A stretch of DNA of 64,000 nucleotides from Naegleria gruberi (lineage: Eukaryota): assembly GCA_000004985.1 (NCBI GenBank), contig GG738869.1. One strand, written 5' to 3'. A program made the translations under genes and the position numbers. The notes beneath the pieces were generated by a model. It ran no database searches and had not been told where the DNA came from. It was given only the letters and a program-made list of their open reading frames with translations. How positions within the stretch are numbered: the stretch's first letter is position 1; each line of letters starts with the position of its first letter. Shown here piece after piece: positions 1-10,700 of this stretch.

Positions 1-2371
1 ATCAAAAGCATTACTTTCCTCTCCGTATGGAATTTCAATAGATCAAAGCAATGGAGACATTTATTTCACTGAACAATCAGGAAATAGAATACGAAAGATT
101 TCTCAAGGAATTTTAACAACAGTTTGTGGAAATGGTCAAGCAGGAGATTCTGGAGATAAAGGGGAGTCCATTAAGGCACTAGTGAATAATCCAAGTGGAA
201 TTCAGTTTACACAAAATGGAGAGATTTATTTCGCTGATTCAGGTAATAATCGTATTCGAAAGATTGTGAACGGTACCATTAACACAGTTGCTGGGGCAAA
301 TGTTTGTAATGCTAAGGAAGGATCAAAAATGGCCACTGAAACGGTGTTGAGAAATCCAACTTTCGTTTATGTCTATCCGAATGGTGATTTTCTCATAACA
401 GAAACAAACTCTCATTTGGTGAGAAGAGTTTCAAAAGGATTTATTTACACTATTGCAGGTACTGGACTATCTGGAGAGGGACCTGATTCAGTTCTGGCTC
501 TTCAATCAGCTTTAACAAGTCCCAAGTCAATCATTCATTCATTTTCAATGAAACGAGTTGTACTAGTTGATAAGACCAATAGAGTGAGAATCTTAACTCC
601 TTATTGTGAAGAGGGATATGTATTAGATGTTTATGGAGCATTCTGCATTCCTTTCTGTTTTGGAATTCTTGCAAATGATACAAATACTTGCTCTGGAAAG
701 GGAGAATGTTCTTCATTCAACAGATGTAATTGTGCAGCATCCTATGGAGGAGAACAGTGTAATATTTCTAAATGTTTTGGAGTATTGGCAACTGACTCAA
801 AGACATGCAGTGGAAGAGGAAAATGTTTGGATGGAATTTGTGATTGTGGAGGTAAATTCATTGGAACTAATTGTGAAATTCCCATTTGCTATGGAAAAGC
901 TTCAAACGAGAGTGAAGTTTGTGGCGCTCATGGAAAATGTTCTAATTGGAATACGTGCGAATGTTTGGATAAGTATTCAGGCAGTTCGTGTCAATATCCT
1001 ATTTGTTTCGGCATTGCTTCAACCAGCCCTACTGTTTGCAGTGGAAGAGGAGTATGTACAGGACCAGATTCTTGTAATTGTCAATCTGGATCTTCTGGTA
1101 CTATTTGTGAAGTATCGAGAGAAGAAATTGACAAACAGAATCGAGAGAGAATAATCATAATAATTAGCTCAGTTTCAGGCTCCTTATTCTTATTATTCTG
1201 CTGTATTATTTGGACAATATCGGTATTCATATTCACCAATAGAAAGCTCAACCAACGACACAATGCAGAGCTAGATATGGAAAAGAAACTTCTTGAATTT
1301 GAGTTCAATGATTCACAATCTTCAGTCAGGGAATCAGTCTACCTCTTTTCACAACACCAGAAACCATACTTGATACCAATAGAAGATATTACATTTGTTA
1401 AAAAGATTGGAATTGGAGGATTTTCAAATGTTTATTTGGGAAAGTGGAACCAGTCGTTTGTGGCTGTCAAATCTGTTGAAAATCAAGACGATAGAGCTGA
1501 TGATGTATTTGAAAAAGAAGCACAAACTTTGTGTGCCCTCAAACATCCAAATATTATCACTTTTTATGGAATTTCATTTTCAGAGAGCAGAAAATTGCTG
1601 ATTGTGGAATATTTTGAAAAGGGAAGTTTAGATAAGTACATTGAAGCACTCACTACAAGGAAGATTAATTGCTCTCTAGAGAAAAAGATCAATTACTTGT
1701 TGCATATTGCTAATGGAATGGCCTATCTTCACTCGTACAAACCTAATCCTATTGTTCACAGAGATTTGAAACCAGCCAATGTTTTAATGTCAGAGAATGG
1801 AATTCTCAAGATATGTGATTTTGGATTGAGTAGAAGTTTGAATTACGAAACCAAGTCAGCCATGACATCCAATATTGGAAGTTTCTATTATTTGTCTCCA
1901 GGTAAGTTGTTTTTGGGTAGTTTATAATAATTTGATCTAAATCTGAAAGAAATGTTAAATGGAAGCAATCAAAAGAAATATGCAACTGCTTTGGATGTGT
2001 TCAGTTTTTCAATCATTGCTTGGGAATTACTTTTTGAAGAGGGAAATCCATACGATTATTCCAACAGAACAAAAGTATTTTATACAATGAATGAGGAAAA
2101 ACAGCTTCGATATGAAAAACTCAGTCCATTTAATGTTCCAACTCTTGTTTCTCAAGGCCTGAGACCACCAATTCCATTCGATTCGTCCGAAAGTTGTAAA
2201 GATTGGTGTAGCTTATTCGCAACCTCTGAAAAAGAACATTATCTCATTATTTTACAATTAACTGATTTGATTAAGCGTTGTTGGGATGAAAGACCCGAAC
2301 AGAGACCTTCATTTATAGAGATTGTGAACATATTATCTCAATTCGAAACTTATTTCTCACATGATTTGTAA
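1..2371 (+). CDS. Receptor-like protein kinase with an NHL-repeat and EGF-like ectodomain. It is 5'-partial and continues upstream of the window. Exons are <1..1901 and 1950..2371.
   Basis: The frame is open from nt 2. NHL-type repeats (YGISIDQSNGDIYFTEQSGNRIRKI; IYFADSGNNRIRKI) are followed by about eight Cys-rich EGF-like modules (CxxxxxCSGxGxC, e.g. PFCFGILANDTNTCSGKGEC). Then come a TM helix (IIIIISSVSGSLFLLFCCIIW) and a kinase domain (GxGxFSNVY, VAVK, HRDLKPANVL, DFGLS). The domain is split by a 48-nt GTAAGT..AG intron (1902..1949) after YYLSPG. Exon 2 supplies subdomains IX-XI (ATALDVFSFSIIAWELL ... RPSFIEIV). Confidence 0.75.
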
Positions 2372-2670
2372 GATAATGGAAGAGTTTCGTTGGAAATAGA
2401 GTCAGGACTTGTATGTTGTGCTGGCCCTTTCACTGGAGTAATATCTCTAGTAGAAAGTTCCTAATAAAAATTGGTCTATTTAGTCTTTCTGTTGACAGTT
2501 GTGTTTTCTTCCCATCTCAAAAATTCTAAAAGAGGGCAGTTATCTTCTGTAAAAATTCAAGAATCATTAAGCTAGCGGATGTGGTTCGTTTGACATTTGG
2601 AATATTTAACCTAAATTTGACAGAATATTAAAAACAAGAAAATTCAATAAATAAATTCTAAAAAAGTTAT

Positions 2671-4725
2671 TTAATCAGATAAATCTTCAAAGCATCTGCC
2701 TTCCTTTCTCATCAAATCAATGTGTGAATCAGCAACTCTGTCATCAACACCCTCAATATTCTTAATGATATCCTTGATGACATTGTAAGCTCTTGTTCCA
2801 AAACCTGAAACACCTCCACACAAATATAAATTTCCTTTTGATCTACTGAGCATTTGATAAACCTTTTCCTTGTTTTCATAAATGGCATCAGCAATCATCT
2901 TTCTGTCAGTTCCAGAGTAAGCAAAATGAGATTCAGAAATGAGACCATCCTTAACAGCTTGTTCAATTTCCTTCTTGTAAATAACTTCTTCAGGTCCTCT
3001 AACACCATAGAACAAAATTGAAGGACCGAATTTGATGTTTGGATTTCTCATTTGTTGAACTCTTCTTTCATCAATAAATCCTCTGAATGGAGCAATACCT
3101 GTACCACCAGCAATACAAACGATTGGTGTTTCAGGATTTTCTGGAAGTCTGAATGAAGAAGTTCTGATAACAACAGGACATGCAATAGATGGTTTGCACT
3201 CTGACAAGTAGTTGGAACACAATCCAAAGAATGTCTTGGTATTATCAATTGGCTGTACAAGTGGACCGTAGGTAATTCTCAAAATTTTTCCTTCTCCTCT
3301 CTTCTTTCTTTCTTCATTTTCTAATCTAGATGAAGAAATTGAATAGTATCTTGGTTGATTCTTTGGTAAGATACCAATGAGATCTTGCCATGTCACCTTA
3401 ATGGATGGGAATTTCTCTAACATATCTACAATATTTAACATTTTGTTCTTGACTTCAGTCAAGTATTTTTCACTCTTCCAAGATTCCAATGTAGCTTTTT
3501 CTTCGGCATTGGTTGCCTTGTCTGCCAAGAAACCTAATAAAGAAGGAGAAACGACACCATTCAAATCAAAGAATTGAGACATGGCCTGATATAAAGTAAT
3601 TGGGCTATCTCTAGTGGCAATAAATGGTGGCAATTCAATACTACATGTTGGTGTTTCAAGAGTAAAGATAATTTCCTCCATAGGCAAATCCAATTTCAAG
3701 AAACTTTCCAATCTTTTAACAAGAGATGATGGATTGGTTGGGAAAATGCAAATATGGTCACCAGTCTCATAATCTATTGGAGTTCCTTCAATATCAAACT
3801 CAATCTCAAGACGTAATCTATTGGATTCTGGACATAAATTCTTTACGGATTGAATCTTCAATGGGAATGGGTTCTTTGGTGAAACTGGTGAGCTGGCATC
3901 ATAGGAACGAACAAATTGTCTTAACTTGTCTCTATATTTGGCTTTATCTAGAAGACGAAAAAAATGCTTGCCATTTGTTGTCACACCTTCTCCCATTTGA
4001 CTTGTTTCACTTTGAGATGGTACTTGGCATGAAGATGCAGTAGATGAATTGGATGTTTCATTTTCCTTTTGTTTCAAGAATTCAATAAATTCATTCTTCC
4101 AATTTTCAAAATCAGTTTCAATACCTTCTTCACCACCATCGTCTCCTTCACCTCTCTTGAATTGTAAATCACTTCCCAAATCCTTTAAACGTTGTTCCAT
4201 TCTTTTACCAACAGCTTGATATCTTTCAGGGAAGTTGGCAGAATTTCCCAAACCAAAAATTGCATAATTTGGTGCATTGTTTTTGAAATCCAAACTCTTA
4301 GTATTGTCACTCATAAAAAATTCATAAAATGGTTTAGCATTGTCAGTTGGTTGACCTTCACCGTAGTTTGACATGATAAATAATACAATATTATACAAAT
4401 CATTTTTTTGTAAGCCAAATGACAAGGCCCTTTCTGGTTCAATATCACTCAAATCAACAACTTTAACACTTGACAAGAATGATGGATTTTTCTCCATCAA
4501 TTCGCTCTTCAAACCTTCAGCAAACATTTGTGCAGTTCCCGTTTGTGACCCATAACAAATTAACAAGTTTGTCTTGGACATGTCGACAAGACTTGCATGG
4601 AACTGTCTCATACATGCTGCTTTAAAAACACTTGTATTGGTATTCATTCTATGTTGACCAGAGCATGCATTGCGAAGTAATACACTGCAAGCATTCATTT
4701 TCAGTTTATTCATCATCATCTTCAC
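2671..4725 (-). CDS. Diflavin (FMN/FAD/NADPH) oxidoreductase of the cytochrome P450 reductase / sulfite reductase flavoprotein family, with an N-terminal presequence-like extension.
   Basis: Flavodoxin FMN motif [19 protein letters not shown]. FAD-binding [8 protein letters not shown]. NADPH-binding [15 protein letters not shown], then ...LYLCGG. The N-terminal ~50 aa are K/R/S-rich with no acidic residues ([31 protein letters not shown]...), which resembles a mitochondrial presequence. Single exon. Confidence 0.8.
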   Translation of the reverse strand: [684 protein letters not shown]

Positions 4726-5359
4726 TTAGTGGATGTAGTAACAGATGTGTGTGTGGATGTATTTTTTTTGAATCTTTAATTGTTCCTTCATCAATTATTG
4801 ATTCTTTTCATATAATATTATCATCGGGATGATGATTCATTCCTTTTGAGCAATTATGAGAATATTCAAATGCATGTATGTGTTTTATCTGAACGCACTA
4901 ATGGATTCTGAACTCTATTAATTTCTTTAATTGGCACTCGTAAAATCTTTAAATCTGTAGAGGGAGATGAAGAAAAAACAAGTCCCGTTACCCCTCATCT
5001 TCAATTTATTACCATCTCTTGTGTGAGTCATAGGCTGTCATCCGTTCAAGCAATTCTAATGAACAATGTTGTAGAAACAAGCAAAAATGAAGACCATTAA
5101 AGGAAACTAGTAATTTTTGGCGGGAGGTGTATGAAAGCTCTATTGGTACGCACAAATGGGTTTACCACCAATTCTGAACAAAAAAACATTGAAAAATAAT
5201 AAAACTCACAAATGGTGAATCTATTTCAATTAGACAATAAAGTAGCTGTCGTTAGCTGGATGTGTCGTAAGAGAATCTTTTGTTGGCTTTAAATATTCAC
5301 ATTTCTTCTTGTCACTTTGATCAACTAATAACAAAAAAACAACAACACACAACAACAAG
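4726..5359. promoter_or_regulatory. Shared divergent 5' intergenic region between the diflavin reductase (-) and hcp (+). A putative bidirectional promoter.
   Basis: A 634-bp spacer lies between two head-to-head start codons. Both genes have strongly biased, highly-expressed-type codon usage. No specific motif was identified. Confidence 0.3.
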
Positions 5360-7297
5360 ATGATCAGACAATCTGCTTCTAAGCTTTTCTCTAGAGTTGC
5401 TTCCAAATCCATGCAAGTTAATGCTGGAAAGAATTTGGCTGCCTGTTCCATGATCAAGATGAATCATCAAACAACCACTCAAGCTAGAATGAATTTCTCA
5501 CAACAATACAATATGAATAGATCTGATAAGATGTTCTGTTTCCAATGTGAACAAACACAAAATGGTACTGGTTGCACAACTGTTGGTGTTTGCGGTAAGA
5601 CACCATCAGTTGCTGCATTGCAAGATTTAACCATTTATCAAACTCGTCAATTGTGTGCTTTGGCTACTTTGGCCAAGAGACAAGGATCTGTTGTTCCTTC
5701 ATTGATGGAAAAGGTTGATGACTTTGTTTTGAGAGCCATGTATAGTACTTTGACTAATGTCAATTTTGATGAACTCAGATTTGTCGAATTTTTGAAGGAA
5801 GGTTCTGAATTGACTCAACAAGTCAAGAAGGAAATGTTAGGTGGAAAGATTCCACAAGAATTCTCTGAATTGCTCACTGTCACTGAAACTGATGCTCAAT
5901 TCGATGCCATCTTGAGTCAAGCTACTTCTGCCACAGATGAAGCTACTGGAAAATTGATTGATATGGGTAAATCTGTTGGTGTTCAACCACATCACAAACA
6001 TTATGGAGCTGATACTAATGCTCTCCGTGAATTGCTCCAATATGGTCTCAAGGGTTTGTGTGCTTATACTAAGGAAGCTTCTCTCTTGGGTAAGAATGAT
6101 GCTGCTGTTGTCAATGAATTCATTAGAACTGCCATGTGTACTTTGGCTGGTGTTTCACCTGATGGTAAGGTTGACCCATACAATGCTAATGATATCATTG
6201 GTATGGCATTGAAGTGTGGTGAAGTCAACGTTAGAACTATGCAATTGATGGACGAAGGTGCTTTTGAACGTTTTGGTCAAATGGCTCCAAACAATGTTAG
6301 AACTACTCCACTCCCAGGTAAATCAATCTTGGTTTCTGGTCACGATATGGGTGATTTGTTGGCCATTTTGAAGCAAACTGAAGGAAAGGGTATCAATGTT
6401 TACACTCACGGTGAATTGTTGCCAGCTCATGGTTATCCTGAGCTCAGAAAGTTCAAACACTTAGTTGGTAACTATGGTGGTGCTTGGCAACAACAAAAGA
6501 TTGAATTCTCCAACTTTAAGGGTGCTATTGTCATGACTACTAACTGTATCATTGAACCAAGAAAGCAATATAAGGATAGAATCTTCACTACCTCAGTTGT
6601 TGGTTGGCCAGGTGTCACTCACATTAAGAATAGAGATTTCTCTGCTGTTATTGAAAAGGCTTTGGCTACAGAAGGTTTCCCAGAATCATTTGCCAATGAA
6701 AAGGTTGAACATGTCACAACTGGTTTCGGTCATCGTACAGTTTTGAGTCTTGCTGATGTTATTGTTAATGCTGTTAAGAGAGGTGATATTAAGAGATTCC
6801 ATCTTATTGGTGGTTGTGATGGTACTGAAGGTGAAAGATCATACTATAAGAATATTGCTACATCCCTTCCAAAGGATAACGTTATCCTCACTTTAGGTTG
6901 TGCCAAGTACAGATTCAACAAGATTGACTTTGGTACTATTACTACTCAAGATCCAAAGACTAATTCTGATGTTGCCTTGCCAAGATTGTTGGATGTTGGT
7001 CAATGTAACGATGCTTATGGAGCTGTAGTTATTGCTAGTGCTTTGGCTGAAGCTTTCGGTACTAAGGATCTCAACCAATTGCCACTCAACTTTGTTATTT
7101 CTTGGTTCGAACAAAAGGCTGTTGTTATTTTCTTGACAATGCTCCACCTTGGTTTGAAGAATGTCAGAATTGGTCCAAACTTGCCTGCCTTTATTCCTCC
7201 ATCCACTCTCCAATTCCTCGTTGAAACCTTCAAGTTACATCCAATCAATGCTAAGGATCCTGTTGCTGATATGGAAATGATGCAAAAGGGACTTTAA
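5360..7297 (+). CDS. hcp: Hybrid-cluster protein (prismane / hydroxylamine reductase, Hcp) with a ~55-aa N-terminal extension.
   Basis: Collinear with bacterial Hcp from MFCFQCEQTQNGTGCT onward (the N-terminal Cys cluster). Diagnostic blocks are INVYTHGELLPAHGYPELRKFKHLVGNYGGAWQQQ, IVMTTNCII, HLIGGCDGTEGERSYY, LTLGCAKYRFNK and LDVGQCNDAY. The extension (MIRQSASKLFSRVASKSMQVNAGKNLAACSMIKMNHQTTTQARMNFSQQYNMNRSDK) is basic and hydroxylated, with no acidic residues. Confidence 0.9.
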   Translation: MIRQSASKLFSRVASKSMQVNAGKNLAACSMIKMNHQTTTQARMNFSQQYNMNRSDKMFCFQCEQTQNGTGCTTVGVCGKTPSVAALQDLTIYQTRQLCALATLAKRQGSVVPSLMEKVDDFVLRAMYSTLTNVNFDELRFVEFLKEGSELTQQVKKEMLGGKIPQEFSELLTVTETDAQFDAILSQATSATDEATGKLIDMGKSVGVQPHHKHYGADTNALRELLQYGLKGLCAYTKEASLLGKNDAAVVNEFIRTAMCTLAGVSPDGKVDPYNANDIIGMALKCGEVNVRTMQLMDEGAFERFGQMAPNNVRTTPLPGKSILVSGHDMGDLLAILKQTEGKGINVYTHGELLPAHGYPELRKFKHLVGNYGGAWQQQKIEFSNFKGAIVMTTNCIIEPRKQYKDRIFTTSVVGWPGVTHIKNRDFSAVIEKALATEGFPESFANEKVEHVTTGFGHRTVLSLADVIVNAVKRGDIKRFHLIGGCDGTEGERSYYKNIATSLPKDNVILTLGCAKYRFNKIDFGTITTQDPKTNSDVALPRLLDVGQCNDAYGAVVIASALAEAFGTKDLNQLPLNFVISWFEQKAVVIFLTMLHLGLKNVRIGPNLPAFIPPSTLQFLVETFKLHPINAKDPVADMEMMQKGL

Positions 7298-7469
7298 ATT
7301 GCGCCTATTTCTCTATTTCTGTAAAATATAAAAATAAAACATTAAAAAAAATTAAAAATCACCAAGTTTATTCTTTTGCTCTTTAACTCATTTCTAAACT
7401 AAATCAGAGAATTATGTAGCAAAAACAATGAGGAATATTTGAATTTTTTTTTGCAAAGGTTAAAAGGTT

Positions 7470-7542
7470 ACAGCGAGCGGGGCTTGAACCCGCGACCTTA
7501 AGCGTGTTAGGCTTACGATCTAACCAACTGATCTATCGCTGC
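7470..7542 (-). tRNA. tRNA-Val (anticodon AAC).
   Basis: Reverse complement is GCAGCGATAGATCAGTTGGTTAGATCGTAAGCCTAACACGCTTAAGGTCGCGGGTTCAAGCCCCGCTCGCTGTA. It folds as a cloverleaf with anticodon stem TAAGC/GCTTA, loop CTAACAC, T-arm GCGGG-TTCAAGC-CCCGC, and discriminator A. An oligo-T Pol III terminator follows immediately on the transcribed strand. Confidence 0.85.
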
Positions 7543-7712
7543 TTACATTCATTATGAAATGTTTCTTAATATCGATTTACTAAAATACTCAACAGGTCTA
7601 TGGAGGTGCTTTATTTCTAAATTGAAATTTAGTTGCTCAAACGCTGAACCTAAACTAAATGGTTGTTTGATTTTTGTAAGAGACATTAATATTGATATTG
7701 AAACTCTAAAAA

Positions 7713-10700
7713 ATGGCGAAACGATCGTTCACTGATTTGCTAATTGTTACCTTGACTTCCGATGATCATTTCGAAGATATCACCATACCAGAGCACGATT
7801 GTGATTTATTGGCATTAAAACATTTTCAAAAAGTTGCAGCAGAACGTATCGAAAGAAATGAACAAATTTATTCTCATGTTTCCCATCTAAAATCAAGAAA
7901 TCACTCAAATAATTATGAAAAAATTACTAAAAATCCATTTCCGGACAATGATTGTAAATTAGCTTTTTTCAAGGTTTTAAAGTATGATGGCTTGTTGTTG
8001 CAGTTTGCATCGAATGAATTGAGAAATGATCGTGATGTTGTTTTGAGAGCTGTTAAAGAAAATGCAGGTTCTATCGAGGTGGTGAGTGAGGAATTGAGAA
8101 GTGATAGGGAATTTGTGGAGAAGGTTGTTATGATTGCTAAAGATAGAACGAGTTTGTCCACAAAAAGTTTTTTCAAATTTCTTGACAAGTTTCATGATGA
8201 TGAGTTGATTGTTAGAAAGGTGGTGGAGAAACATGTAAATTCTCTCGAGTTTGTATCACCAAGATTGAGAAATGATAGGTAGGTTGTTTAAATATCATTA
8301 CCAAAAGCAAATTCATACACAGAGAGATTGTTTGGAATGCTGTTAAAAGAAATGGATCATCTCTTCAATTCGTTCCAGAACATTTGAAAGATAGAGAATT
8401 GGTTATGCTTGCTGTGAAAACTGATTCCCAGGCACTTCTATTTGCACCAATAGAGTTTTTGAAAGATAAAGAAATTATTTCAAGAGCTGCTAAATTATCA
8501 GGACTTGCTATTAAATATGCCCACACAGAACTTAAAAACGACAGAGAGTTTGCTTTAGAGATGGTAAAGTTGAGAGCACTTGGTTATAATTATCTTTCGG
8601 AAGATCTAAGAGGAGATCGGTAAGTTGTTTGTGAAACTGTTGCAACAGTAATGAACGGAAAATTAGGGAAATTGCATTGGCAGCTATGAAGTCAATGCCA
8701 ACTTGTCTAAGAATGGCACCTAATCACATCAAAGATGATTTTGAAATTGTTTCCATTGCGGTTACGAAAAATTTATCAGCTCTTGTGTTTTCCTCACAGA
8801 GATTCAAAGATGATACAGACTTTATCTATAACTGTGCTTCAACTGCAAGTCAAATTATTTATTTTCTGAATAATCATGAATCTCTATTAGTAACTAATCG
8901 AGATTTCTGTTTACGGCTCATAGAAAAGAGTTGTGGATATGATTGTTTTAGAAATGCTCGAGATTTTGTGAAATTGGATAAGGAACTATGTCTGAAATTC
9001 ATACAAATACATCCAGATTGTTTGGAAGATGTTAAATGTGAAGATATTCTAAATGACAAACAACTCTTAATGGATTTATTGCCACACAGTGAAAAAATTC
9101 TTCTTCAAATTCCAAATGAGCTTTGTAATGATAGAGAACTCATGATGTGGGCATCGAAAATTCATGACAATGCTCTAAAATTTGCCTCTGAAGAGCTTTG
9201 TGCTGATAGAGAGTTTGTAAATGAGGCATTGCTTTGTGATTTTGGTAATTTTGAGTATTTATCAGAGGAGTTGAGAAGTGATAGAGAGTTAGTGGAAAAT
9301 ATTGTAAAAATTGATGGTTTCAATGTTCAATTTGTACCAGAATTATTTAGAAACAATAGAGAACTAATCATTACTTCAATCAGAAATGCATTCTCAGATA
9401 TTTCTCCATACTTAGGATATCAGTTGAAGGAAGATAGAGATATTATTTTGGAATCTGTGAAAAGATCTGGCATTATAGAAAATCTTCTACACGAGTTTAG
9501 AGATGATAGAGAAATTGTAATGATGGGAATTCAACAATTTGGACCAGAATTTCGATATGCTTCCAAGTTTTTACGTAGCGATAGAGAATTGGCATTAATT
9601 GCCATTAGAAACTTGTGCACTTTAGAGCATATTCCCAAGGAAATATTAGATAGAAAACTTGCCTATGAAGCTTGTAAACGTTCGGCCTTTAATTTAAAAT
9701 TTGCCTCTGAGTATAGAGAGGATGAACTAATTGTTCTTTCTGCATTAAGCAATGAAAATGGGGGTTTATATACCAAATATGTCGGTGAGCGGTTGAAGAA
9801 TGACAGAGATTTTATATTGAAAGCTTCCAAACTTCAACCTAGTATTATTGCTCATATTTCGACTGAGCTTCTCCAAGATAGAGAAATAATCATAAATGCA
9901 CTTTCGCATGATGGAAATGTACTTGCTCATCTACCAGAGGAATTCAAGAGTTGTAGAGAATATGTGGAAATAGCTGCTAACTCAAACCCACATTCACTTA
10001 AATACGCATCAGAAGATTTGAAGCAGGATCCAGAGTTGTTATATAAGGCAATTGCAACAGGGATTGCCAACTCTTTAGTTTCTGAACAATTTTTGGAGGA
10101 TGCTGATGAGTCAACTATACAAAAATGTATTGAAAATGGAGTTTCACTTCGTAGTTTTCCTAAGTCTTTAACCAGTAATAGAAACTTAGTTATTAAGGCT
10201 GTAAATATTAATATGGAGAATCTTAGATATGCATCCAAGGATCTAATTAACAAGGAACTGATTATGGAAATTTCACCAAAAAATTTTGATATATTACTAC
10301 TTCCAATCAAATGGAGAAGTGACAAAGATATTGCTTTAAAGGCTTTGGAAATGAATGGAAAATCAATAATATATATTTCTGATGAGTTGAAAAATGAATT
10401 TAAGCACAACAAGGAAATCCTATTGAAAGCAATGAAAACAGATAGCATTCCATTCCTTTATGCGAGCGATGATTTACAAAACGATCGTGATTTTATTTTG
10501 GAATCTGTTTCAACAAATGGCTTGGTATTGAGATATGTTGCATCCCATTACAAAGAAGATAGGGAAGTAGTTTTAAAGGCAGTTAAAAATCATGGAAATT
10601 CAATTCGTTACGGAGCCAGACATTTCATGAATGATAGAGAAATCATGTGGAATGCAGTTCAAAACTTGGGAGCCAAAATTCTTCCGTGCAATCCATTAAT

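Noticed and set aside
627-1308. Internal and antisense ORFs within the EGF-repeat region of the receptor kinase (627..1154 +, 1081..1308 -).
   Set aside because: They are alternative frames of a Cys-rich repeat region. Only the frame from nt 2 yields EGF-like Cys spacing, a TM helix and the kinase domain.
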